From positions 64,001 through 128,000 of the forward strand of contig CAVSQB010000009.1 of the NCBI GenBank assembly GCA_963729895.1: a stretch of DNA of 64,000 nucleotides. Direction: 5' to 3'. The notes under the pieces are model-generated. The model made no database searches. It had not been told where the DNA came from and saw only the letters and a list, made by a program, of their open reading frames with translations. The position numbers and the translations under genes are program-made. Each line of letters begins with the position of its first letter. Position 1 is the first letter of the stretch. Shown here piece after piece: positions 18,601-26,776 of this stretch. The DNA is from an uncultured Fibrobacterota bacterium. Its GTDB lineage: Bacteria; Fibrobacterota; Chitinivibrionia; Chitinivibrionales; FEN-1185.

Positions 18601-20418
18601 ATTTTCATAACCGCGATCACCACCGCGGTCGGCATGCTGCCGCTTGCATTGGGCAAAGGCGGGCAGATCGGTGCCATCGGTGCGCCCTTTGCGCTTACGG
18701 TAATAGGCGGCATCATTTCCGCGTCGCTGCTGACGCTTATCTTTATTCCAACCTGTTATTTCGGGTTGGAGTCGGCGCTCGGGTATCTGCGGTCGCTTTC
18801 GTGGACAGTCCGCATTGTTCAGCTATGCGCCCTTGCCATGTGCGCATGGCTCGTATTTGTCTTTGTGGATGATCAGCTCTGGCGCCTGGCCGATGTCATC
18901 ACCTTCACCGTCGCGATCCCGGCCGCCACCTGGTTTCTGCTTTCGAGTCTGCGCAGGGCCCGCATGTCAGGCGAGGGACAAGGCCAGGTGACCATACACA
19001 TTCGTAACGTGCAGAAGATCTACAACATGCCGGGGCGATTCGCGCGGGAGTGGGGCACCGCCGTCAAGGGCATCGCCCATGGTGATGCGAAGGATGATTG
19101 GGGAGCGCTGCTGTGGCAGATCCCGCTTTTGGGGTTTCTAGTCTATTTTGTCTATTGGTATACGGAAAATGAATTCTGGCAATTCACGTTTGCGCTTGTC
19201 ACGTACTGCTATGCGCTTTTCCTTTTCAAGCGGCACAGCCGGCTCATTTATTGTGCATGGCCGGGGAATAAGGCAGTCATCGGCCCGCAAAACAAAGTGT
19301 ACACGGCTTTGTTCTGGGGAGCGCCGCTCGCGAATTTGGTTTTCTTCCAGCACGATTGGAAACGAATTTCGGTCGTTCTGCTTGCCGGGATTATGTGGTA
19401 TCTGGGGCTTGCCGTTTTCCGGACGTCGCGTTGGCTCGAAAACAATCCCGGGGCCGACCCGCGAAATTGGAAAAAGACCTGGGCAAAGCCTGCCGCCGTA
19501 TTTATTGCATTAGTGAAGGTGATACCCGTGTTGGGCGCCGGCCGGTCAACATTTCATGCACTCAAAGGCGTTAGTCTCCAGATAGAACACGGCATGTTCG
19601 GACTGCTCGGCCCCAACGGAGCGGGCAAAAGCACCCTCATGCGGATCGTGGCGGGAATATACGAGCAGACCTACGGGAAGGTGTACATCAACGGACTCGA
19701 CACCGCCCTGCACCGCGAAGAGCTGCAGGGACTGATCGGCTATCTTCCGCAGGAATTCGGCACGTACCCGAATTTGACGGCGCAGGAATTCATGGATTAT
19801 CAAGCAATTATCAAAGGGCTGCGCAATCCCGCGACGCGGAAGGAGCGGATACGTTCCGTACTGACCGCGGTGCATATGGAAGATCATGCCGATGAAAAGA
19901 TCGGGTCATTTTCGGGAGGGATGAAACAGCGAATCGGCATCGCACAGATCCTCCTTCACCTGCCCCGTATTCTGATTGTGGATGAGCCCACGGCCGGGCT
20001 CGATCCCGGTGAACGGATCCGGTTCCGTAATCTGCTGGTTGAGTTGAGCCGCCAGCGAATTGTGATCTTCTCAACGCATATCATCGAAGATATTTCGTCG
20101 TCGTGCAACCGCATGGCGGTTCTGGTCGGCGGTGAATTGCGTTATGCGGGCGAGCCGTCAGGCATGCTCACGCACGCGGCCGGGCGTGTGTGGCAGGTAA
20201 CCGTCGATTCAACGGCGTATGAAGCGCTCGCCCGGCGAACGTCGGTGGTGCGCCACATAAGCGACCTGCGCCGAATCCATGTCCGGTGCATTTCTTCGGG
20301 CAAACCTCATCCCGAGGCGCAACCGGTGCAACCCACGCTGGAAGATTCGTATCTATGTCTCACGCGCGACCTGAAGGACGATGACGAAAGAGGCCGGAAT
20401 CATGCTGAAACGACGTAA
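15658..20418 (+). CDS. RND permease fused to a C-terminal ABC ATPase domain
   Basis: Complete RND ('GMLVDNSVVVMENI', 'RMRPIFITAITT'), extra TMs, then an NBD (GPNGAGKST, YLPQ, FSGGM, ILIVDE, STH) in one uninterrupted frame. Start taken at MIQLL. Confidence 0.9.
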   Translation: MIQLLNRKIFISVLFVGICLLGVVSFHYLPLELYPNTELPMLLIRITSRIDVDPSYMETNGVMPLEGAAAMLEGVDNLLSYSEPRRGTIYVYFDKSVNVKYEFLKLQQRVTALVSQLPTQFTVEVDKVNTEQAANQFMTLQVLGDGGSDRIRNIVDQQIAPVLQDIDGVASAQVFGGRSKSVEIVMNDDICRAYDITPTRVQNLLKQNNNARQYVGALHDGGKRFFVDVDADFRTIDDLKNIAVSNKNGKVLLKDIADVFYGFKEPTSLSRVNGKEAVSVQLVRDAQVNQIDLSHQTQAVIKKLNKTLAPQNVQIVIQSNAADSIEESLRQIALLVLTGGLLAVGVLWIFLRNLRLVLIVAAAIPISVLGAFNLFYLFGITLNSLTLVGMALAVGMLVDNSVVVMENIYRLAARRNDPERAVTRGTTEVWRSVFASTLTTVVIFIPFLFASDFTIRLIGKHMGVSVIATLVISLITAFLLVPMAILLRLRTAPQSTFSFRRIDSRTPAIRIYRVLLKAALRHPAVTICGALAVFLISLGICLSQGNASVEQEETEQFSVYLTMPTGATLDKTDFAVRELEKRLQGIDETDNLLSMVYEDEAVLTVKLKNNYSDIADRTLPQIKADIQKRLDNFPLGSVGFTQPTSSSRYRGNNGVNANARLQQVLGAGSQDETVVVRGDDFERMEAVADEIRFELNNLSTVQSVQLDVPGRQGEVHLFFDTQLMREYGIGLQSVASELSGFTQELTSGLEFKQGADQYDIMVTSKGASVQNRNPSGHGTAVNNAKTFDELNNVPVSASDGTDYPLQDISKIIRANGPASINRANQEHRIVVTYHFNDEIASSQSLLKAAREEVDNTIDAMTFPAGIAVEPVHGQAGLNDFYWLIGAAFLLIFMILASVFESFTAPLVMMFSIPLAAIGAFWLLVLTGHSLLNANSLMGFLILFGVVVGNGIILIDFTRVLRRRGFSTARALMTAGQDRMRPIFITAITTAVGMLPLALGKGGQIGAIGAPFALTVIGGIISASLLTLIFIPTCYFGLESALGYLRSLSWTVRIVQLCALAMCAWLVFVFVDDQLWRLADVITFTVAIPAATWFLLSSLRRARMSGEGQGQVTIHIRNVQKIYNMPGRFAREWGTAVKGIAHGDAKDDWGALLWQIPLLGFLVYFVYWYTENEFWQFTFALVTYCYALFLFKRHSRLIYCAWPGNKAVIGPQNKVYTALFWGAPLANLVFFQHDWKRISVVLLAGIMWYLGLAVFRTSRWLENNPGADPRNWKKTWAKPAAVFIALVKVIPVLGAGRSTFHALKGVSLQIEHGMFGLLGPNGAGKSTLMRIVAGIYEQTYGKVYINGLDTALHREELQGLIGYLPQEFGTYPNLTAQEFMDYQAIIKGLRNPATRKERIRSVLTAVHMEDHADEKIGSFSGGMKQRIGIAQILLHLPRILIVDEPTAGLDPGERIRFRNLLVELSRQRIVIFSTHIIEDISSSCNRMAVLVGGELRYAGEPSGMLTHAAGRVWQVTVDSTAYEALARRTSVVRHISDLRRIHVRCISSGKPHPEAQPVQPTLEDSYLCLTRDLKDDDERGRNHAETT

Positions 20419-21145
20419 GGCATTCTTGCTCTTCTGTAAAGGCCTGGCCCCCGGTGCAGCGCTCATCGGAAGGCTCGCAGGCTACAACCTCAAGATAATT
20501 TTCAAGCATCAGTTTCTCTATTTCCTTCTCGCGGCGATCGGTTTCTTTACAGTTGTGGTGGGAATAAATATATCCGCCGGAAGGGAGCTGAGTCCGTCGA
20601 TACTCTATAATCTTTTGCTGGTACCGGGATTATTGCTGGTATTTTATCCCGCCGCGTTCGGCATTCAGAACGATGCAGACGCGCAGATGCTCGAAGTGAT
20701 CTTCGGAATTCCCGATTACCGTTACAAGGTCTGGCTTTTCCGATTGCTGCTTTGCTTCGCACTTACGGCTGCCGTGCTTCTGTGTCTCTGCCAGGCATGC
20801 GTGGTATTGCACGTACACCTGCCGGTGTTTGGCATGGCCTTCCATTTGTGTTTTCCGGTCTTCTTCTGGGGCTCACTTGCCTTCCTGTTTTCCACGCTTA
20901 TGCGAAATGGCTACGGTGCGGCTATCATGCTGGTGCTCGCAGGCCTCGGCTCCTGGGTGGTGAGCGGTTCCCTCGCCGAAAGTCAATGGAATATCTTTCT
21001 AAACCCGTTTGCGGTTCCTCAAGGACCCAAGGAATTGGTGTGGGATTCAATTGTTCGGGCCAACCGCGTCATGCTTGCCGTGGCAGCGGGATCGGCCATT
21101 TTGTGGGGCATCAGAAATTTGCAGCGGCGGGAAAAATTCATTTAG
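20402..21145 (+). CDS. ABC-2-like membrane permease (~6 TM)
   Basis: Hydrophobic 6-TM pattern; 'YNLKIIF', 'IQNDADAQMLEVIFGIP' resembles an ABC-2 coupling region; overlaps the end of the RND-ABC gene. Confidence 0.7.
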   Translation: MLKRRKAFLLFCKGLAPGAALIGRLAGYNLKIIFKHQFLYFLLAAIGFFTVVVGINISAGRELSPSILYNLLLVPGLLLVFYPAAFGIQNDADAQMLEVIFGIPDYRYKVWLFRLLLCFALTAAVLLCLCQACVVLHVHLPVFGMAFHLCFPVFFWGSLAFLFSTLMRNGYGAAIMLVLAGLGSWVVSGSLAESQWNIFLNPFAVPQGPKELVWDSIVRANRVMLAVAAGSAILWGIRNLQRREKFI

Positions 21146-21216
21146 ATCGCCTCTAGTTTCTGCAGAAGAAGGGTTCCCCACAAACTTCAATAAATCATCA
21201 AAAAGCCTACTTTGTT

Positions 21217-21231
21217 GATACAATTTTGTGC
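21217..21231. promoter_or_regulatory. Palindromic operator copy 1 (GATACAATTTTGTGC)
   Basis: Same motif recurs at 22898, 23465 and 23494. Confidence 0.6.
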
Positions 21232-21324
21232 CACGACACAGTTTCTTAGGGTATGGATCGCTCATTTCAATTATTTTGTGTGCTCGGCAAATGCACCTGT
21301 TTCATGGTCATTGAAGAAAACCAA

Positions 21325-22881
21325 ATGAACAACCCTGCTTCTCATCTGAGCTTTAACGGACTTTCGACGCTGTATCGAATCGCCCATCTTCTCAGCTCGG
21401 GCGGCGGCATAGAAAAGACCATGGAAAGCGTGCTGGACATTCTGGAAACGCATGCCGGCATGAAACGGGGCATGATCTCAATTTTGAACCCGGAAAATTC
21501 CGAGCTGAGCGTGGACGTGGCGAGGGGAATTTCGGAAAGCGGCAAGCTGCGCGGCAAATACAGGTTGGGCGAAGGGGTCACCGGAAAGGTGGTCGCCACC
21601 GGCCGGCCCATAGCCATCCCGAAGCTTCGGAATGAGCCGACCTTTCTCGACAAGACAGGGGCCAGAAAACACCTCAAGGACACCGACCTCGCGTTTCTCT
21701 GCGTTCCCATTAAGTCGGGCGACAACGTCGTGGGTGCGCTGTCGGTGGACAAGGTTTCCGTTCAGGACGCGGTGACTCTCGAAGGCGAACTGGAATTTCT
21801 CAAGGCAGTGTCCGATCTTATCGCCCAAGTGGTCGTTGCACGACGCAAACAACAGGAGCTGATTTCCGCGCTCGAACGGGAAAACCTCGAACTCCGCAAA
21901 ACCCTTGAGGAAAAGGGCAAGCCCGACGAAATGGTTGGGAACAGCGGCTCAATGCGAGAGGTATACCGCCAGATCGGCCAGGTTGCGGCGTCGATGACAA
22001 CGGTCCTCATTCGTGGAGAGACCGGCACCGGCAAAGAGCTTGTTGCCCGAGCCATTCACCAGAAGAGCCCGTTCGCAACCGGCCCCTTTGTGCCGGTGAA
22101 CTGCGCGGCGCTTCCGGAATCGCTGCTCGAAAGCGAACTCTTCGGCCACGAAAAGGGGTCCTTTACAGGAGCGCTTTCCAAGCGGATAGGCAGGTTTGAA
22201 TCCGCGAACAATGGAACCTTGTTCCTCGATGAGGTTGGAGAAATGTCGCTGTCGGCGCAGGGCAGGCTCTTGCGCGCCATCCAGGAAAAGGAAATTCAAC
22301 GCGTCGGCAGCTCCAGTCCCGTTCGGGTAAACGTGCGCCTCATCTGCGCCACCAACCGCAATATCGAGACCGACGTCGCGGAAGGCAGATTCCGCGAAGA
22401 TTTGTACTATCGCGTGAACGTATTCACTATCCATCTGCCTCCCCTCCGGGAACGGGGCGCAGACGCTCTCCTGCTTGCCGACTACTTTGTCAAGAAGTAT
22501 GCAGTAATGAACAACAAGAAAATCGAGCGCATTTCCACGGCGGCAATCGACATGCTTTCTGCATATCATTGGCCTGGCAACGTACGCGAACTGGAGAATG
22601 TCATGGAACGCGCGGTACTCGTTGCAACGGGAAACGTGATTAACGGCCACGATCTGCCTCCCACCCTTCAGATGAAGGAACCGGACTTGCAAGGAAAGCG
22701 CAAGGACACGTTTGAGGCCATGGTTGCCTCCTACGAAAAAGAGCTTATTGTGGACGCGCTCAAGGACGCCCGTGGAAATCAGACCAAGGCCGCGCGCATA
22801 CTCGGTACCACCAAACGCGTCATTCAGTACAAAATCCGGAAGCTCGCCATCGATTTTCGAAGGTTGCGCGGAACCGCCTGA
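21325..22881 (+). CDS. NifA-like sigma54-dependent activator (GAF-AAA+-Fis HTH)
   Basis: GAF ('GEGVTGKV', 'FLCVPI'); [36 protein letters not shown]; '[11 protein letters not shown]'. Confidence 0.93.
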   Translation: MNNPASHLSFNGLSTLYRIAHLLSSGGGIEKTMESVLDILETHAGMKRGMISILNPENSELSVDVARGISESGKLRGKYRLGEGVTGKVVATGRPIAIPKLRNEPTFLDKTGARKHLKDTDLAFLCVPIKSGDNVVGALSVDKVSVQDAVTLEGELEFLKAVSDLIAQVVVARRKQQELISALERENLELRKTLEEKGKPDEMVGNSGSMREVYRQIGQVAASMTTVLIRGETGTGKELVARAIHQKSPFATGPFVPVNCAALPESLLESELFGHEKGSFTGALSKRIGRFESANNGTLFLDEVGEMSLSAQGRLLRAIQEKEIQRVGSSSPVRVNVRLICATNRNIETDVAEGRFREDLYYRVNVFTIHLPPLRERGADALLLADYFVKKYAVMNNKKIERISTAAIDMLSAYHWPGNVRELENVMERAVLVATGNVINGHDLPPTLQMKEPDLQGKRKDTFEAMVASYEKELIVDALKDARGNQTKAARILGTTKRVIQYKIRKLAIDFRRLRGTA

Positions 22882-22897
22882 GGCTGGCTTTCACCGC

Positions 22898-22911
22898 CAC
22901 AATTTTGTATC
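22898..22911. promoter_or_regulatory. Palindromic operator copy 2 (CACAATTTTGTATC)
   Basis: Reverse complement is GATACAAAATTGTG, identical to copy 3. Confidence 0.6.
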
Positions 22912-23025
22912 CTGCGCAGGACTCTCACAAAGCAACATCCGTAATTTGCTCGATTTCCCTCAATTTCTTCCGGCACATTTCTTGCATATTCACATTCCTT
23001 GTTTCTTTCCGGAAGGAGCGTTGTC

Positions 23026-23304
23026 GTGGACGATATTCAAAAGAATCTCGATCAAATCCTGGAGACATTCGAGCGTAACATCATTCAAAAAACCCTGAAA
23101 GACACGCACGGAAATCAGAGCAAAGCAGCCAGGGCTCTCGGCATCACAAAACGTAAGATGCAATACAAGATCAGAAAGTACGGTGTGGATTGCAAGAGCC
23201 TCAAGGAACATCGCACGGCGGACAACGAGACGTTTTTTTCCTGGCATCCGCTCTCTTCGGGGCGACAGGACTGCCAGGATCACCGCAGCTTCCTGCTTCC
23301 CTGA
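23026..23304 (+). CDS. Stand-alone Fis-type HTH protein
   Basis: GAAGGAG RBS then GTG; 'FERNIIQKTLKDTHGNQSKAARALGITKRKMQYKIRKYG'. Confidence 0.8.
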   Translation: MDDIQKNLDQILETFERNIIQKTLKDTHGNQSKAARALGITKRKMQYKIRKYGVDCKSLKEHRTADNETFFSWHPLSSGRQDCQDHRSFLLP

Positions 23305-23464
23305 CGGTTCGATTCCTCGTCCGTCAACCCGGCGTTATGATTTCCAAAAACTTAAATTCCACCTGTTGGCTCCCCTCCTTTGCATTTTGCCGGCCGATCC
23401 TTTGCCGGCAATCGGCGTTTCTCATTTCAATTTTCCACATGTGAGAGGAAATATTGGCAAAAAC

Positions 23465-23508
23465 GATACAAAATTGTGCAAAACCTTTTCTTAATTACAA
23501 TTTTGTGC
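23465..23508. promoter_or_regulatory. Tandem upstream activator sites (operator copies 3 and 4)
   Basis: GATACAAAATTGTGC (23465-23479) and ATTACAATTTTGTGC (23494-23508), 65-110 bp upstream of the sigma54 promoter. Confidence 0.7.
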
Positions 23509-23572
23509 GGTGGGCAGCACGCTTTCGGGCAGGAAAGACATGTCACCCGCAGGGTGCCGAACGGTAACGCAA

Positions 23573-23588
23573 TGGCACGGATATTGCA
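23573..23588 (+). promoter_or_regulatory. Sigma54 (-24/-12) promoter for the amtB operon
   Basis: TGGCACGGATATTGCA matches TGGCACG-N4-TTGCW. Confidence 0.9.
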
Positions 23589-23823
23589 TTTGTTTTTTTT
23601 CTGAAGACGCTATTAAAAATCAATTCCATTCCATTGGAATAAGACAGGGAACTGCCAAACAACATCAACATAGACAGGAAAACCCCTATGAAATACAAGT
23701 CATCCTGAAAGAATAGCCCTTTCGAAGTTCCCAACGTGTAAACAAGTTCTTGGTTTTCGTACATTGCCGGAGTATCGGCCGGGGTTTTGTAGTGCCCGCT
23801 TTTCAAAACAACAGGAGGATACA

Positions 23824-25206
23824 ATGATAAAAAAGGCCTTCGTAGCAATGGTGGTCGGATTCGTTCTTGCGACTGTAATGCACACGCTCGGACAATCCGC
23901 GAGTCCGCAAACGACTGCGGGTGATTCCGCAAAATCGGCGATTGTTGCGGCGCCTGCGCCAGCGCCCGCACCTGCCCCGGCGCCAGCGCCGGCCCTCAAT
24001 TCCGGCGACACGGCCTGGATGATCGTGGCAACGGCTTTGGTCATGCTCATGACCCTTCCGGGCCTGGCCCTGTTTTACGGAGGTATTGCAAAACGCAAGG
24101 ACACGCTCAACGTCATCGCGATGTCGTTTGTCACCTTTGCCCTTGTAAGTGTCTTGTGGGTAGTCTACGGGTACTCGCTCGCGTTCGGCACCGATGTCCA
24201 CGGCGTCATCGGAAACATTCAGAAATTCATGATGAGCGGGATCAAGGTGGACACGCTGTCCACCTATCAGAATACTATTCCGGAGCTGATTTTCGTGGTG
24301 TTCCAGCTCACCTTTGCCGCAATCACCGTTGCGCTGGCAAGCGGCGCCTACATTGAGCGAATGAAGTTTTCCGCCTGGATTCTGTTTTCGGTTCTGTGGC
24401 TCACGTTTGTATACTGCCCCATCGCACATTGGGTGTGGGGCAACGGATTCCTCGCAAAACTCGGCGCGCTCGACTTTGCCGGCGGCACGGTCGTGCATAT
24501 CAATGCAGGCGTTGCGGCGCTTGTGGGCGCTCTTGTCATGGGAAAACGGAAAGAGATGTCCCTGATACCAAACAACCTTGTGGCCACCGTAACGGGCGCG
24601 GGCCTCTTGTGGTTCGGCTGGTTCGGGTTCAACGCCGGTTCGGCGCTCACGGCAAGCGGCCTTGCATGTGCGGCCTTTATCAATACCAACACCGCTACCG
24701 CGGTCGCCGCACTCTCGTGGATGGCCACGGAATGGTACTTCAATAAGAAACCCACGGTGCTTGGTCTTGCATCCGGGGCAGTGGCTGGCCTTGTTGCCAT
24801 TACGCCTGCCTCTGGGTTTGTCAACGTGGGAGGCGCAATTATCATCGGGGTGGTCGTTGGATTCGTGTGTTACCTTATGGTCGCGTTTGTAAAAGCTAAA
24901 CTCGGCTACGACGACACGCTCGACGCATTCGGCATCCACGGCATAGGCGGGACGATCGGCGCGCTGCTCACCGGGTTCCTCGCGGATCCGGCCATCAACG
25001 CGGCAGGCAAGGGATTGTTCTACGGTAATCCCGGACAGGTGAAGATTCAGCTCATCGCAATCGGCTCGACCATCGGCTACGACGCGGTTGTCACGTTCAT
25101 CATCTTCATGGTCATCAAGGCGGTTGTGGGTTTGCGCGTGAGCCCGGACGAAGAAATGGCCGGATTGGATCAGACCTCGCATGGTGAGAGGGCTTTGGGT
25201 TACTGA
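23824..25206 (+). CDS. amtB: Ammonium transporter AmtB
   Basis: AGGAGG RBS; 'GDTAW', 'PGLALFYGG', 'DFAGGTVVHINAG', 'WFGWFGFNAGS', 'DDTLDAFGIHG'. Confidence 0.97.
   Translation: MIKKAFVAMVVGFVLATVMHTLGQSASPQTTAGDSAKSAIVAAPAPAPAPAPAPAPALNSGDTAWMIVATALVMLMTLPGLALFYGGIAKRKDTLNVIAMSFVTFALVSVLWVVYGYSLAFGTDVHGVIGNIQKFMMSGIKVDTLSTYQNTIPELIFVVFQLTFAAITVALASGAYIERMKFSAWILFSVLWLTFVYCPIAHWVWGNGFLAKLGALDFAGGTVVHINAGVAALVGALVMGKRKEMSLIPNNLVATVTGAGLLWFGWFGFNAGSALTASGLACAAFINTNTATAVAALSWMATEWYFNKKPTVLGLASGAVAGLVAITPASGFVNVGGAIIIGVVVGFVCYLMVAFVKAKLGYDDTLDAFGIHGIGGTIGALLTGFLADPAINAAGKGLFYGNPGQVKIQLIAIGSTIGYDAVVTFIIFMVIKAVVGLRVSPDEEMAGLDQTSHGERALGY
23947..23994 (+). repeat. Ala-Pro dipeptide repeat linker in the AmtB N-terminus
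   Basis: AAPAPAPAPAPAPAPA encoded with mixed synonymous codons. Confidence 0.85.
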
Positions 25207-25248
25207 CGCGAAACCGGACATCACCCATTAATGACAAAAGGAGAACCC

Positions 25249-25596
25249 ATGAAATACATCGTTGCAATAGTACAACCATCCAGGCTTGAGGCCGTGAAGG
25301 AAGCGCTGAGCCACATCGAAGTGTTCCGGCTTACGGTGACGGATGTGGAAGGCATCGGCCGCCAGAAAGGCCATACCGAGGTCTACCGCGGGCACGAATA
25401 CAAGATCAATTTCGTGAGAAAGGTAAAGCTGGAGATCGCCGTGGATGACAAATACGTCGAACCGATCATCGATGCGATCGCGGGCTCGGCCCGCACGGGT
25501 AAAGAGGGACAGATCGGCGACGGCAAGATATTCATTCTTCCGCTCGAAGACGTCATGCGGATCCGGACCCGCGAACGGGGCTCGGAGGCGTTGTAA
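25249..25596 (+). CDS. glnK: PII nitrogen regulatory protein (canonical)
   Basis: AAGGAG RBS; 'GIGRQKG', T-loop 'YRGHEY', 'GDGKIF', 'RIRT'; adjacent to amtB. Confidence 0.92.
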   Translation: MKYIVAIVQPSRLEAVKEALSHIEVFRLTVTDVEGIGRQKGHTEVYRGHEYKINFVRKVKLEIAVDDKYVEPIIDAIAGSARTGKEGQIGDGKIFILPLEDVMRIRTRERGSEAL

Positions 25597-25742
25597 GCGT
25601 TCGGGTGTGCGGGCAAGGCCGGGCGGCGCGTTTCAGAACGTTCATGGCAATGTACTCCTGAGAATGCCGCCGCCCGGCGGTCCGCCTTTGCGGAACACTG
25701 GACGGAAATAATCGATTCGTACTCACAGTGAAAGGAAACACT

Positions 25743-26546
25743 ATGAAAAGAATATCGATACTACCCGTAATTGCGGCGATGGTCTTCTGGTTTGCGCCTG
25801 CCGCGACAGCCACTCCTTCCACGCAGATTTGGATTCCGTCAACCGACATACAGGGGTTCGGCGTTTTTCATCTCGGCTGGGATTCGTACATCAAGACCGC
25901 CGCCCTCAGTGATGGGGTGTTTGAACCCACGGTCACCAACGGCGGGATAACGGTAGGCGTATTGCCCTTTAAGCAGGTTGGGCTTGAGATCGGCATCGAC
26001 TATCGTGATATCAATGCCAATCATATATACCCGCTCTACTTCAACGCCAAGCTGGGGGTTCCTGAGGACGCTTTCTTCAAATACATGCCGGCGGTGGCAA
26101 TCGGGGCCTTCGATTTGGGAACAAAAACGAGCGGCGCAAGTCTCACTAATTTCAACATTTCCTACGGTCTCATTGCAAAGAATATCTGGAAGCTCGGACG
26201 CATTTCGGCCGGATATTATCTGGGCAACGACAATGCTCTGGGCGTGGCGAAGAAAGACGCCCAGGGGTTTCTGGTGTCGTGGGATCGCACGATGTCCGAG
26301 CTTACCGATAAACTCTGGCTTGCCGTGGATTACATGGGCGGATACAACAGTTACAGCGAGATAAGCGTCGGCGCCTCATACGCGATAACACCCGACGTGA
26401 GTTTTATTGTCGGATACGACGTTTGGAGCGATATCGACTATGTAAACCATGTAGGCGGTATTCCGGCAAAACCAACGGTTACTGTCCAGTTTGACGTCAA
26501 CCTGCCGGCGGTTCAGGATTGGTTCAAGAAACCGGAAAAGAAGTAA
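25743..26546 (+). CDS. Secreted putative outer-membrane beta-barrel protein
   Basis: Signal peptide (ATA-TP); alternating beta-strand pattern rich in aromatic residues and Gly. Confidence 0.6.
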   Translation: MKRISILPVIAAMVFWFAPAATATPSTQIWIPSTDIQGFGVFHLGWDSYIKTAALSDGVFEPTVTNGGITVGVLPFKQVGLEIGIDYRDINANHIYPLYFNAKLGVPEDAFFKYMPAVAIGAFDLGTKTSGASLTNFNISYGLIAKNIWKLGRISAGYYLGNDNALGVAKKDAQGFLVSWDRTMSELTDKLWLAVDYMGGYNSYSEISVGASYAITPDVSFIVGYDVWSDIDYVNHVGGIPAKPTVTVQFDVNLPAVQDWFKKPEKK

Positions 26547-26776
26547 GTTCAAACATGTGGGAAAACGCATCGAAGAGACGTCATGGCATGACGTCTCCAG
26601 TATCTTCCTGCAATGCTCGTAGTAAAAAGATTCCTGCCATTTCACACGCGGGTGGCATGTAAGTCAATTCGCATTCCTTCCCCGGTATATCGCCCCATGC
26701 TCTCCGACGAGTCTGGCCCTGGCCTTGGGTGCGCTGGGGCATCGTGTTCGGCGATATCGGTGCCAGTCCGCTCTAG

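Noticed and set aside
21325..22881. Calling this nifA and inferring nitrogen fixation
   Set aside because: No nif genes in the window; the adjacent target is amtB and the repeated site is not TGT-N10-ACA.
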